A DNA stretch of 64,000 nucleotides from Gemmatimonadota bacterium (GTDB taxonomy: Bacteria; Gemmatimonadota; Gemmatimonadetes; Gemmatimonadales; Gemmatimonadaceae), in assembly GCA_031372565.1 (NCBI GenBank), contig JANMLN010000151.1, positions 13,128-77,127 of the forward strand, in the 5' to 3' direction. Positions within the stretch are counted from its first letter, which is position 1, and each line of letters starts with the position of its first letter. The notes below the pieces were generated by a model. It was not told the DNA's origin. It saw only the letters and a list, made by a program, of their open reading frames with translations, and ran no database searches. A program made the position numbers and the translations under genes. This document shows positions 29,126-40,950 of this stretch, one piece after another.

Positions 29126-30451
29126 ATGCCTACTCGCCGCGAGTTTGTCCGTGACGCCGCCCTGCTCTCCGGGGCCACCCTCGTTGCCGCGCAGGATGCC
29201 GGCGCTCAGTCGCTGCGGCCGCCCGCCGCACTGGACCTGCCTCCGCTCGATGCGCCGCCGCTGGGCGCCGCCGCGTTGGCCGACGACGAGCCGTTCTGGG
29301 CGCGGGTCGCCGAGCGGTATCGCGTGACCGATCGGTACACCAACCTCGAGGCCGGTTACTTCGGCATGATGGCGCAGCCGGTGCTCGAGGCCTACCATCG
29401 CCACATTGATCGCGTCAATCGCGAGAGCTCGATCTTCGCCCGGCGCGACTTCCCCGTCATCGCCCAGGGCGCTCGCATACGCGTGGCCGCGTTCATCGGC
29501 GCCAAGCCCACCGAGGTGGCGCTCACGCGCGGGGCGACCGAGGCGCTGCAGGCGCTGATCGGGCAATACAACCGGCTGAAGCCGGGCGACGCCGTGATGT
29601 ACGCGGACCTGGACTACAACGCGATGCAGTGGGCCATGAACGCGCTGGCCGCGCGCACGGGCGCGACGGTTGCGAAGTTGGTGATCCCGGAGCCGGCCAC
29701 GCGCGAGAGCGTCATCGCCGCCTATGCGCAGGCGATCGATGCGAACCCCCGCACGCGGTTGCTGCTGCTCACGAGCTGCAACAACAAGACGGGGCTCATG
29801 CTCCCGATGCGCGAGATCACCGCGATGGCCAGGGCGCGTGGCATCGACATCGTCGTGGATGCCGCACATTCGTTCGGACAGGTGCCGCTCACGGTCACGG
29901 AGCTGGGCGCCGATTTCGTCGGCGTCAATCTCCACAAGTGGATCGGCGCGCCCGTGGGCGCCGGCGCGATGTACATCCGCGAGGACAAGCTGGAGGCGAT
30001 CGACCGCGCGCATGCCGATGAGAGTGCGCCGCTCACGAGCATCGATAGCCGGATCCACACCGGCACGTCGCCGTTCTCCACGACGATGACGATCCCCGAT
30101 GCACTCGACTTCCAGGAAACGATCGGCGTCGAGCGGAAGTCGGCGCGGCTCCGCTACCTGCGGGATCAGTGGGTGGCAGCGGCGCGCCGCATTCCGGCGG
30201 TCACCATCCTGACCCCCGATGAACCGGGGATGGTTGGCGCGCTCACCTCGTTCCGGTTGCACGGGCGCACCGACACGGCGTCGAACATCGCGCTCTCGAA
30301 GACGCTGGCCGACGAGTTCGGTGTGTTCACCTTCCAGCGAACGGGGCTCGCCAAGGGCGACTGCGTGCGCGTCACCGTGGCGCTCTACAACACGCCGAAG
30401 GACGGCGAGAAGCTGGTGGCCGCGCTCGCCACGCTGGCGAAGCGCGGCTAG
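29126..30451 (+). CDS. aminotransferase class V-fold PLP enzyme with Tat signal (isopenicillin N epimerase-like)
   Basis: MPTRREFV, DEPFW..V, TRGATEAL, DAAHSFG, NLHKWIGAP.G.G, VRVTVALYNT. Confidence 0.88.
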   Translation: MPTRREFVRDAALLSGATLVAAQDAGAQSLRPPAALDLPPLDAPPLGAAALADDEPFWARVAERYRVTDRYTNLEAGYFGMMAQPVLEAYHRHIDRVNRESSIFARRDFPVIAQGARIRVAAFIGAKPTEVALTRGATEALQALIGQYNRLKPGDAVMYADLDYNAMQWAMNALAARTGATVAKLVIPEPATRESVIAAYAQAIDANPRTRLLLLTSCNNKTGLMLPMREITAMARARGIDIVVDAAHSFGQVPLTVTELGADFVGVNLHKWIGAPVGAGAMYIREDKLEAIDRAHADESAPLTSIDSRIHTGTSPFSTTMTIPDALDFQETIGVERKSARLRYLRDQWVAAARRIPAVTILTPDEPGMVGALTSFRLHGRTDTASNIALSKTLADEFGVFTFQRTGLAKGDCVRVTVALYNTPKDGEKLVAALATLAKRG

Positions 30452-30460
30452 CGCGCGCGG

Positions 30461-30769
30461 TCACGCACCAGGCTGCGGGCCCGCGTATCCCTCGATGATC
30501 AGGAAATCGGCGGTGGACACCGGCACGCGGTGCGCCATGGCCGCCTGATAGCCCGGCGAGTTATAGCAGTCGAGCGCCGCCTGGTACGACGGAAATTCGA
30601 CGACCACATTGCGCGAGCGCATCGTCCCTTCCGGGTTGTGCGACGTGCCACCGCGCACCAGATAGCGACCACCGAATGCGGCCACCGGCGGACCGTTGGT
30701 GGCGATGTACGCCTGGTACCGATCCATGTCGGCGACATCGATGCGAGCGATCCAGTATCCCTTGGACAT
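30461..30769 (-). CDS. DUF1330 family protein
   Basis: KGYWIA, FGGRYLVRGG, EG, RNVVVEFPSY.AA..CY.S..YQ. Confidence 0.9.
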   Translation of the reverse strand: MSKGYWIARIDVADMDRYQAYIATNGPPVAAFGGRYLVRGGTSHNPEGTMRSRNVVVEFPSYQAALDCYNSPGYQAAMAHRVPVSTADFLIIEGYAGPQPGA

Positions 30770-30922
30770 GATGAGAGGCTGCGTAAGGGGAGCGCGGGTC
30801 GCTCGATCCACGACAGCGGCCCGCGTGCCCGGAATCTTGGTCGCGGTCGCACGCGCTCGGCAAGCGGTGCATGTGCGCGCATGCGTCTTGGCGCGCGCGT
30901 GATCCGAGTGCACCTTGGCTGC

Positions 30923-32011
30923 ATGAGCGAACGGGTCGGACGTCATGGCAGGGCTGCGGTGGTCCAGGCGCCCTACGGCACGATGCCCAACGGAACCTCC
31001 GTGATGGGCTTCACGCTCACCAACGCGCGTGGGCTGCGGGTGCACGCCATCGAGTACGGCGCCATCGTCACCGCGCTGCACACGCCGGACCGCGCCGGCG
31101 ATCTGGCCGACATCGTGCTCGGCTACCGTTCGCTCTCCGGCTACCTGAACGACGAGGCGTACATCGGCGCCATCGTCGGCCGAGTCGCCAACCGGATTGC
31201 CGGCGCCCGGTTCACGCTCGACGGCACAACGCATTCCCTGGCGGCGAACGCGCGGCCGCATGCTCGCCACGGCGGCGTGACGGGTTTCTCGCGGTGCGTG
31301 TGGCAAGGTGCGGTGGCGGCGACCGATGCGGGCGCGTCGGTCACCTTCCGGCACGAGAGCCCGGACGGAGATGAAGGCTATCCGGGCATGTTGCGTGTGG
31401 CCGTCACGTACACGCTCACCGACGATGATGCGCTGGTCATCGACTACGAAGCGACGACGACGCAGGCGACGCCGGTCAACCTCACCCATCACGCCTACTT
31501 CAATCTGGCCGGCCACGGTGCGGGTGATGTCGGCCGACACATCATGCAGATCGACGCGGACCGGTACACGCCGGTCGATCGGTTGCTCATTCCGACCGGC
31601 GTTGTCGCGCCGGTGGCGGGTTCACCGTTCGACTTCCGGATCGCTGCTCCGCTTGGCGCTCGCATCGACGAGGCGCACGACCAACTCGTGATCGGGCACG
31701 GCTACGACCACAACTGGGTGCTCGCCAACGCGGCTGGCGCCCTGCGCTCCGTCGCACGCGTCATCGAGCCGCTTCGTGGTCGCACCATGGACGTTGCCAC
31801 CACCGAGCCGGGAGTGCAGCTCTACACCGGGAACTATCTCGATGTGCGTACGGGCGCCAAGGACGGCGCGGTGTATGCCCCCCGCAGCGGCTTCGCGCTG
31901 GAAACGCAGCACTGGCCAGACGCGCCCAACCAGCCCGGGTTCCCGGACGTGACCTTGCGGCCTGGCATGACAGGCCGGTCCCGCACCGTGTACAGCTTCG
32001 GCACCGCATAG
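30923..32011 (+). CDS. galM: aldose 1-epimerase (galactose mutarotase)
   Basis: PDR.G..ADIVLG, GRVANRI, HGG, SPDGDEGYPG, NLTHHAYFNL, GYDHNW, QLYTGN, LETQH.PD.PN. Confidence 0.93.
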   Translation: MSERVGRHGRAAVVQAPYGTMPNGTSVMGFTLTNARGLRVHAIEYGAIVTALHTPDRAGDLADIVLGYRSLSGYLNDEAYIGAIVGRVANRIAGARFTLDGTTHSLAANARPHARHGGVTGFSRCVWQGAVAATDAGASVTFRHESPDGDEGYPGMLRVAVTYTLTDDDALVIDYEATTTQATPVNLTHHAYFNLAGHGAGDVGRHIMQIDADRYTPVDRLLIPTGVVAPVAGSPFDFRIAAPLGARIDEAHDQLVIGHGYDHNWVLANAAGALRSVARVIEPLRGRTMDVATTEPGVQLYTGNYLDVRTGAKDGAVYAPRSGFALETQHWPDAPNQPGFPDVTLRPGMTGRSRTVYSFGTA

Positions 32012-32084
32012 GAGTACGACCGGCCACGTGTACGTGACGACGCGCGCCGGAAGCCGGGCGCGCCTGCATCCGGTCGCGTTGACG

Positions 32085-33470
32085 CTACGGACCGCTGCGC
32101 GTGAGCAGCGCGGACCCGTACGTGTTATCGAGTCGGAGCGTCGCCGTTCCCGTGGGTGCGACGCGGATCGTGAGGCGTGTGTCGTCCGCTTCCCACGTGT
32201 CATTGCCGATATAGCGCAATGGCATGTCGCTCGGACGCCGCGGGAGCCTCGCCGAGAGCCCAGTCGCACTCGCGCTCACCGTGACGGTCAGCATGCTGCT
32301 GCGCATGTTGCCGGCGTACTTGCCAGCAAGGGTGGCGAAGGAAGCGGGAAGGGGGCGTGCGTCGCGCGTCGGCTTGCCGAGGACCGCCTCCACCAGCGAC
32401 TCCGTGACCGCATTGGCTGACACGGGGCCTGCGGTGTTGAGCAGGACGATGATGACGAGATCCTGTTCGGGAAAGTACGCCGATTCCGAGAGGAAGCCAT
32501 TGATCGCGCCGCCATGCTCGATGGTGCGATGTCCGCCAATGGTGTGCACCGCGATCCCCTTGGCGTAGCGGAGTGGCGACCCGTCGTTGAGCGTGCCGGG
32601 GGTGATCATCTCCTGGTACATGGCCGGCGAGAGCACGCGTCCACCGTGCAGGGCGCGGTTCCACGCCACCAGATCGCCGGCGGTCGAGCACAGCGAACCC
32701 GCCGCGTACGGGTACGTGTGCACGACGAATCCCTTGTTGACCAGGCCGACCGGGCTGAAGTCGTATCCGTGCACCTTGCGCTTGATGATCGCGGTTTCGG
32801 AGCAGTACCGGCTATCGGCCATCCCCGCCTTGTCGAACAGGCGCTCCTTCACGTAGGCGGCGTAGCTCTTGCCCGACGCCTTCTCTATGACCAGACCGAG
32901 CAGGAAGAAAGCCGAGTTGTTGTAGTCCTCGGCGTCACCGGGTGCGAAGATGAACTTCTCGTTCTTGAAGAGGGCGACGAGGGAGTCCTTCGGCAGCGAG
33001 CGGGTCATGATGTTGCCAAACGCCGCGATCTCGGTGTAGCCCTTGATCCCCGAGGTGTGGTCCAGCAACCGGCGCAGCGTGACGGTGTAGCCCTGGGTCG
33101 GGTAGTCGGGCAGGAACTTCCTGAGATCGTCGTCGAGCGAGAGCTTGCCGTCTTCCTGAAGAGCGAGAATCGCGGCTGCGGTGAACTGTTTGGTGACCGA
33201 ACCGATCTCGTAGACGGCGCGCGCCGGCGTCGGCACGTCGAGCTCGAGGTCGGCCATGCCGTAGCCCTTGAGCGCAATCGTGTCACGTCCCTTGATGACC
33301 GCGAGCGACATGCCGGCTGCCCGGCCGTCCTTGAGGTACGACTGTGCGATCGAGTCGATGACGGCGGGGAGCGCGGCGCGGTCGCGTCCCTGCGCGTGCG
33401 CGCTCAGGGCCGTGACAAGCGCGAGCGGAAACACGGCAAGCGTACGCGCGATCGAACGAGTCATCGTCAT
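32085..33470 (-). CDS. serine hydrolase, beta-lactamase/PBP-like family, exported
   Basis: SVTK (SxxK), LLDHTSG, YNN (YxN), HGG; signal peptide ending AHA. Confidence 0.9.
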   Translation of the reverse strand: MTMTRSIARTLAVFPLALVTALSAHAQGRDRAALPAVIDSIAQSYLKDGRAAGMSLAVIKGRDTIALKGYGMADLELDVPTPARAVYEIGSVTKQFTAAAILALQEDGKLSLDDDLRKFLPDYPTQGYTVTLRRLLDHTSGIKGYTEIAAFGNIMTRSLPKDSLVALFKNEKFIFAPGDAEDYNNSAFFLLGLVIEKASGKSYAAYVKERLFDKAGMADSRYCSETAIIKRKVHGYDFSPVGLVNKGFVVHTYPYAAGSLCSTAGDLVAWNRALHGGRVLSPAMYQEMITPGTLNDGSPLRYAKGIAVHTIGGHRTIEHGGAINGFLSESAYFPEQDLVIIVLLNTAGPVSANAVTESLVEAVLGKPTRDARPLPASFATLAGKYAGNMRSSMLTVTVSASATGLSARLPRRPSDMPLRYIGNDTWEADDTRLTIRVAPTGTATLRLDNTYGSALLTRSGP

Positions 33471-33607
33471 CCCGGGAGGTTCGGTGTGTGCACAGTGTCG
33501 CCCTGCACGATCACGTGCGTGCGGCAGCCCGTCTGGAACGCCGACGTCCCAATCGTACATCCGACAGCCCGGTCGACGCCATGGCCCGGGCGCATCCCTC
33601 GCGTCCG

Positions 33608-35218
33608 TCACGCACGACGCGCGCGATCGGCCTCCCACTCGATGAACGGTCCGTCGAAGTCGACCAGGCGCGTGCCGTCGAACCACCAGACGCGCGTGGC
33701 GACTTCGCGCAGGAAGGCGCGGTCGTGGCTCACGAGCAGCACGGTCCCCTCGTACTCGCCCAGCGCGTCCTCGAGCACCTCGATGTTCTCGACGTCGAGA
33801 TGATTCGTGGGCTCGTCGAGTACCAGCAGATTCGCGTTCGACAGCGTCATCAGGGCCAGCGCCATGCGCGCACGTTCGCCACCGCTCAGGGAACTGATCT
33901 CGCGGAAGACCTCGTCGCCGGTAAAGCCGAACGCACCCAGATGGTTCTGCACCTGACCGCGATTCCAGAGCGGCCGCTGGGCGTTGATCGCGTCGGAGAG
34001 GGACATGCGGAGTGGCAGGTCGGCCAGGTCCTGCCGGAACCAGGCGGGCGTGATCGAGCGGCCCACGTTCGCCTCACCACCGGCCGGCGTGCGATCGCCA
34101 AGAATCGTGGAGATGAAGGACGACTTGCCCGCACCGTTGGGGCCCACGAGCGCCACAAAGTCGTTGCGTCGAAGCACAGCCGAGAACGGCTCCACGAGCA
34201 CGCGCCCGGGCACTTCCACTTTCAGTGCGTTGATCGCGATCACCTGGTCGCCGCCGCGTTCCGTGACCTTGAACTCGAGCGACATCGCCGCCGGATCGCC
34301 CGGCGGAGGCGCCAGACGCGGCAAGCGCTCCAGCCGCTTGCGCTTCCCCTTCGCCTGGAACGAGTTCACCCCTGCGAGGTTGCGCATGATGTACTCGCTT
34401 TCCTTCTTCACGTACGCGCGCTGCTTCTCCAGCTCGCGCTCGCGGGTGAGACGGCGTTCGGCGCGCTGCGGCACGAACTGGCTGTAGTTCCCCTTGTACG
34501 ACTCGCTCGTGCGTGCTTCCACGTGGAGGATGTGCGTGCAGATCGCGTCGAGGAAGGCGCGATCGTGCGACACGACAAGCACCGTCTCGTCGGCCTCCGT
34601 GAGCCACTCCTGCAGCCAGGTGGTGGTGTCGAGGTCGAGGTGGTTGGTGGGTTCGTCAAGCAGCAGCAAGTCGGCGGGCGCGATGAGCTGCGCCGCGAGG
34701 CCGACACGTCCGCGCTCGCCACCCGAGAGCGACGACACCAGCCGCGATTTCGACTCCTCCGCGTCGAAGCCGAGCCCTTGGAGCACCGCATCGACACGGG
34801 CGTGGTACACGTAGCCCCCGAGATCGGCGAAGCGCTCCTGATCGTGCCCGAACCGTTCGAGCACCTCGTCCGTGACCCGGTCACCCAGTTCACCCAGTGC
34901 CATCGCCTGCTCGGCGATGCTCTGTTCGAGCGCGATCACCTCACGCCACGCCGCCGCACCAGCCTCCCAGACGGTGGTGGCGCCCTCGAAGGCCCGATGC
35001 TGGTCGAGGAGGGCATGCCGAAGTCCCGGCTTGCGCGCGACGCTCCCGGTTGTGGGCTGCAGGTCACCGGTAATGACGCTGAAGATCGACGTCTTGCCGG
35101 CGCCATTGCGTCCGATGATGCCCCACCGCTCGCCCTCGGCCACGGTGAACGTGATGTTCTTGAGGAGCTCGGTCGCTCCGAAGGAGATCCCGATGTTGGA
35201 ACAGGAGAGAAGGGTCAC
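33608..35218 (-). CDS. ABC-F family ribosome-associated ATPase
   Basis: Two ABC domains (GRNGAGKT and GPNGAGKS, LSGGE twice, LDEPTNHLD twice), a charged linker and no TM segments. Confidence 0.93.
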   Translation of the reverse strand: MTLLSCSNIGISFGATELLKNITFTVAEGERWGIIGRNGAGKTSIFSVITGDLQPTTGSVARKPGLRHALLDQHRAFEGATTVWEAGAAAWREVIALEQSIAEQAMALGELGDRVTDEVLERFGHDQERFADLGGYVYHARVDAVLQGLGFDAEESKSRLVSSLSGGERGRVGLAAQLIAPADLLLLDEPTNHLDLDTTTWLQEWLTEADETVLVVSHDRAFLDAICTHILHVEARTSESYKGNYSQFVPQRAERRLTRERELEKQRAYVKKESEYIMRNLAGVNSFQAKGKRKRLERLPRLAPPPGDPAAMSLEFKVTERGGDQVIAINALKVEVPGRVLVEPFSAVLRRNDFVALVGPNGAGKSSFISTILGDRTPAGGEANVGRSITPAWFRQDLADLPLRMSLSDAINAQRPLWNRGQVQNHLGAFGFTGDEVFREISSLSGGERARMALALMTLSNANLLVLDEPTNHLDVENIEVLEDALGEYEGTVLLVSHDRAFLREVATRVWWFDGTRLVDFDGPFIEWEADRARRA

Positions 35219-35326
35219 GCGGGCACGGAGGAGTCGGGTGAGATGCGTCGGAGCAAAGGTAAACGCTTCGCGCGCATCGAAGATCCGGACTGACGGCGTG
35301 GCTCGCGAGCGATCAGCCGTCGCTCG

Positions 35327-37777
35327 TCAGCGCACCCACTCGCTCAGCACGCGCCGCGCCGCCGCAAAGTGCGCGAGCAGCCTCGGATGCTCGGCGCCTC
35401 CATACGCCGCAGCCAACGACCTATCGGCCACATCGAGCGCGCGCAGCAGGTCACGTGCAGCGGCAACCTTCGCACCGGGCTCCGTGCTGCCCACCCGGTC
35501 GATCCACACGGCCCCCGTGTGCGCGAACGCGTACGAATCCATGGCAGGCCACGCGCGCGTGGGCGCGCCGGCCACGCGCGCCGCAACCCATCCACCGACT
35601 GGAAGCTGCACCGTGCCCGTGTAGCGTTGTGAGCCCGGCGCAGCGAGTCCGCCCAGCTTCTCGACCACCGCACCGTTCACGATGATCTCCACGGTGTCGA
35701 CGGCGACCGCCGAGTGGAGGCCGAGGGTGTACGACGCCGTCCCGCTGCCGCGCTTGATCACCTGGCCCGGTCCTGCCGTGCCCACGTGAAAGTCGAGCAT
35801 CGGACCGGTGGACACGACGCTCCGCCCCGCCTTGAGCGCGGCAAAGTAGCTGTTCACATCGCTGGGCTTGTCGGGATGCACGTACACGCGCGTCGTGCCA
35901 ATGGCCATCGTGCGGTAGAGATTGTTCATCACGTCCGTCCCGGCCGTGATCGCCATCGGAATGCCGGCGTTGAGCACGCGGTACCACAGATCGGTCGAGC
36001 CGCGTTCGTCGCTCCAGAGGCAGGCGAGTTCGATCGCGTCGAGCTTTCCGAGGACCGCGTCGGCCACGAACCCCGTGGGAATGCCGCGCGGGTCGTCGGT
36101 GGCAAACGGCCCGCTGCCGGACACCGGATGCACGTACGTGTTCAGGCCACCGTGTGCCCTGGCCCACTCGAGCGCCTCGGCGTTCGGACGATCATCGCGG
36201 TCATGCACGTCATATCCCGTCGGCCCCCAGATCCACGGCCAGAAGAGCGCAGTCGCGTTGAGGAGCCCCACATGCCCGAAGAAGTGCGAGCGCACCTCCT
36301 GACTCCAGATGATCCACGGCTTTGCCTTCACATGCTTGTACGCGAAGAGCGGCTGATCCTCGAAGCGCTGCGCCAGATTGGCGAGCATCGGCGTCAGCAC
36401 GTCCAGCTCCTCGGCGAGTCCCATGGTGATGAGCGCATCGGGCTCGAGCACGTACGGGCCGCCATAGTTCAGGTGGAAGTGATGTTCGCCGGACAGCCAG
36501 CCATTGGCGCGCGCGTTCCAGACGGGCGACATGGTGACCGTCACGGTGCGCGTCTCGCCGGATTTGAGGGTGACATGCTCGCTCGCCGCTGGCGTGGCGA
36601 TGCCGCGCACGGCGGTCACGTCGATGTCACCCGCGGGTACCGTGAGGGTCTCCACGCCGTCGCTGTAGAAGAAGGCGATGCCGTTCTGGCCGTCGAAGCG
36701 GATCTGTCCGTTGTCCGGCACCAGCGGATGTCCCTTCATGCCCGTGACGGCCAGTCGTGCGGGCACGGGGACGCCCGATGCGAGCTTGGTGATGACGCGA
36801 AGCTGCGCGGTCGGCGCGTCCCAGTCCCATCGCTTCACGGCGACGTCTTGCGCGACGCCGCCGTTGACGGACACGCGCGACAACACCATGTGCTGCTGGG
36901 CGTCCGCGTGCGCAAACCAGATCGTGCCGCCGTCGGCGCTGAAGGCCGGCGCGAGCGGGAGCAGCTTGGGTGCGCGCACGAGCTGCAGCGCGGCGCCGTT
37001 CTTGAGCGCGCTGGCGAGGCGCAGTTCGTAGCCCTCCTGCGACGGCCAGGTGAGCGCCAACTGGCGACCATCGGGATGCAGCGCGGCGCGCGTCATGCTG
37101 ATGATGCCGCCCGAGGCGAGCAGGATGTCGGCACCGGTCGCGAACGTGACGCGGCGGAGCTGGTCGTCGCCGCCGCGCGTCTTGGCCAGATACACGAGCG
37201 CGGTGCCATCACGCGTCGGCATCGGCTGGAGTTCGTTCACGCCCATCGTGGTGGTGAGCCGCGTGGTCGCGCGCGTGGCGAGGTCGACCTTCCACAGGTC
37301 GAGATCGCCGGCGATGGCAGACGCATAGTAGAGCGCCGTCCCATCGGGGCTGAACGCCGGATCAAGCACGATGGCGGCGTCACCGACGATGCGCGTCTCG
37401 GCGCCCGAGGCGAGATCGATCAGCATGATCGCGAGCGCGCGGCCGTCGTCGCGCACGAAGGCGATGCGGCCGCCGTCCGGACTCCACGCCGGGCGCGCGT
37501 CCATCGCGCCGCCCTTCGTGAGGCGCTTGGCCGTGCCCGATACCGGATCGAACACCCAGAGCCAGCCGCGCGATGCGAAGGCGATGCGCTTGCCGTCGGG
37601 GGCCGGCGCGGGGTCCATCGGCCCGTTCGTGAGGATCGGGAGCTCGTAGCCCTCGAGGTACACGTGGTGGCTCAAGCCCGCGATCTTCGGATAGCGGTTG
37701 GCCCATTGCGCGGAGATGGGCAGGGCGGCGAGCGTCGCCAGCGCAACGACCAGGACAGAGCGAAGACGCGGAATCAT
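35327..37777 (-). CDS. exported TolB-like (PD40) beta-propeller fused to a CehA/McbA-like PHP metallohydrolase
   Basis: Signal peptide; repeated P(A/S)xSPDG units; GEHHFHLNY, QE.R...GH, YVHP, AGTD, AHT. Confidence 0.8.
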   Translation of the reverse strand: MIPRLRSVLVVALATLAALPISAQWANRYPKIAGLSHHVYLEGYELPILTNGPMDPAPAPDGKRIAFASRGWLWVFDPVSGTAKRLTKGGAMDARPAWSPDGGRIAFVRDDGRALAIMLIDLASGAETRIVGDAAIVLDPAFSPDGTALYYASAIAGDLDLWKVDLATRATTRLTTTMGVNELQPMPTRDGTALVYLAKTRGGDDQLRRVTFATGADILLASGGIISMTRAALHPDGRQLALTWPSQEGYELRLASALKNGAALQLVRAPKLLPLAPAFSADGGTIWFAHADAQQHMVLSRVSVNGGVAQDVAVKRWDWDAPTAQLRVITKLASGVPVPARLAVTGMKGHPLVPDNGQIRFDGQNGIAFFYSDGVETLTVPAGDIDVTAVRGIATPAASEHVTLKSGETRTVTVTMSPVWNARANGWLSGEHHFHLNYGGPYVLEPDALITMGLAEELDVLTPMLANLAQRFEDQPLFAYKHVKAKPWIIWSQEVRSHFFGHVGLLNATALFWPWIWGPTGYDVHDRDDRPNAEALEWARAHGGLNTYVHPVSGSGPFATDDPRGIPTGFVADAVLGKLDAIELACLWSDERGSTDLWYRVLNAGIPMAITAGTDVMNNLYRTMAIGTTRVYVHPDKPSDVNSYFAALKAGRSVVSTGPMLDFHVGTAGPGQVIKRGSGTASYTLGLHSAVAVDTVEIIVNGAVVEKLGGLAAPGSQRYTGTVQLPVGGWVAARVAGAPTRAWPAMDSYAFAHTGAVWIDRVGSTEPGAKVAAARDLLRALDVADRSLAAAYGGAEHPRLLAHFAAARRVLSEWVR

Positions 37778-37812
37778 GACACGGGGTGCGGAGGAATCAG
37801 GCGCAGCGAAGC

Positions 37813-38715
37813 TCAGGGACTGACGCGCGTGCCGGTGCCGATGAGATCGTCCTTCGAGTTACGAATCTCGAACGACACCGCCTTGCCCTCCTTCGCGGTG
37901 AACTCCCACACCATGTCCGAGTCCATCTCCCACACCTTGCCGTCGATGATGATGGCCGTGATGAACCAATCGTCATTGATGCGCACCATCGGCTGCCCTT
38001 GCACGCGACGATACCAGTCGGGGAACGGCGTGTGCGACTGGCGCATGTAGGTGCCGTCGTGCGTGAACGTCACGCGCATCACTTTCCTGTCGTTGGGATC
38101 GTTCCACGTCCACTCGTAGGTGCCGAGGTACGGCGCGGCGGCGGCGCGCGACACGGGAATGGGATGCGACGGCTGCACGGTGGCGTTGAGGCTCACGCGC
38201 TTGGGGCCCCACGCGAAGAGCAGCTGCACGCCATCGGCGCGCACCTCGGGGAACGACCAGGTCAGGATGTCGGCGGGCGGCCCCGCCGTCGGGCGCACCG
38301 TCCAGCGGACCTGATCCTTTGTCGAGTCCGGCACTTCCATGTGAAAGCGCTGGAAGCGCGGATCGAGGATGACGGTCCAGTCACGCGGGCCCACCACGAA
38401 CCAGACCGAGTACTTGCCCTTCGGTACGGCGTGCCCGTCGAGCGTGGCGTCGCGACTGACCTCGAGGATCGTGGCCCAGTTGGCGCCGGGGGTCCAGACC
38501 TCGCCCATCGTGACCGTCTTGCCAAAGAGCTCGGTGCGTCCGCGCGCCTGCGGGCGGAAGTACGTGATGGTGAACACCGTCCCATCGACGGTCTGCGAGA
38601 CGACCGCTTTCTCGGAGGCGCGGACCTGCGCGCGAAGCTCCTGAACAGTGCCCGCGACACACGCGACCAGCGCGAGGCCGAGTCGTGCGGTGCGGAAGAT
38701 CATGGGCGTGATCAT
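37813..38715 (-). CDS. DUF2911 family exported protein with C-terminal extension
   Basis: RASEKAVVSQTVDG, ITY.RP.ARGR, VWTPGANWAT, VPKGKYSVW. Start is 38715 or 38703. Confidence 0.82.
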   Translation of the reverse strand: MITPMIFRTARLGLALVACVAGTVQELRAQVRASEKAVVSQTVDGTVFTITYFRPQARGRTELFGKTVTMGEVWTPGANWATILEVSRDATLDGHAVPKGKYSVWFVVGPRDWTVILDPRFQRFHMEVPDSTKDQVRWTVRPTAGPPADILTWSFPEVRADGVQLLFAWGPKRVSLNATVQPSHPIPVSRAAAAPYLGTYEWTWNDPNDRKVMRVTFTHDGTYMRQSHTPFPDWYRRVQGQPMVRINDDWFITAIIIDGKVWEMDSDMVWEFTAKEGKAVSFEIRNSKDDLIGTGTRVSP

Positions 38716-38719
38716 CGGC

Positions 38720-39142
38720 TCACCCGAACTTCGCATCAATGCCCTTCCGGATCTCGTCGAGCGACTTGCCCGACTTGTGCAGCCGGTGCGCCAGTCGCGC
38801 CTGCGACTGACAGATCTCGCAGTCGGAGGCCATCATATCCGGCGTCTCGAAGCAGGAGAGGAGCGAGTAATACGCCTTGCCATCGGTGCAGCCACACTGG
38901 CACTTGATCCCGTCGAGAATGGCGGGAATCTCCCTCGCCTGCTCGAAGGCAGGGATGGCCTTGGGGCTCTTCACGAGCTGCGCGTTGGTCGCGATCCTGG
39001 CCGCGGACGCGCCAGCCCGTGGCGCGGGGTGTGGGCCTCCCCGTGGCGTGCGGGTGGTGGCGTGCACGGCGGCGGGGAGCACGGGCACCAGCGCGAGTGC
39101 GCTGAGGGAGGAGAGAAACTGACGGCGGGACGGCTGCGGCAT
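38720..39142 (-). CDS. PCYCGC-motif family Cys-rich protein with Tat-like signal
   Basis: SRRQFL; LDGIKCQCGC, SLLSCF, CEIC, GKSLDEIR..ID. Confidence 0.8.
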   Translation of the reverse strand: MPQPSRRQFLSSLSALALVPVLPAAVHATTRTPRGGPHPAPRAGASAARIATNAQLVKSPKAIPAFEQAREIPAILDGIKCQCGCTDGKAYYSLLSCFETPDMMASDCEICQSQARLAHRLHKSGKSLDEIRKGIDAKFG

Positions 39143-39233
39143 CGCGGCTCCGGAGCGGAAGAGGCGGCGTCTCCTGACTCCTGAGAAGGTAGCGCGCGAC
39201 CGACACATCGCCACCGAGCTTACTGTCTGCCTT

Positions 39234-40851
<1,618 letters not shown>

Positions 40852-40950
40852 CGGAGTCGGTCGTGGAAGTGGGGCGGGCGGTGCGTGCGCACCGAATCCA
40901 GAAAGCTAACGACGCGCGACCCGTCGTTCAGCGTCCCCCGCGCCGGACCG

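Noticed and set aside
32085..35218. Antibiotic-resistance island (beta-lactamase-like gene plus ABC-F)
   Set aside because: Both are generic housekeeping-type family members. There is no mobile context and no evident attenuator leader.
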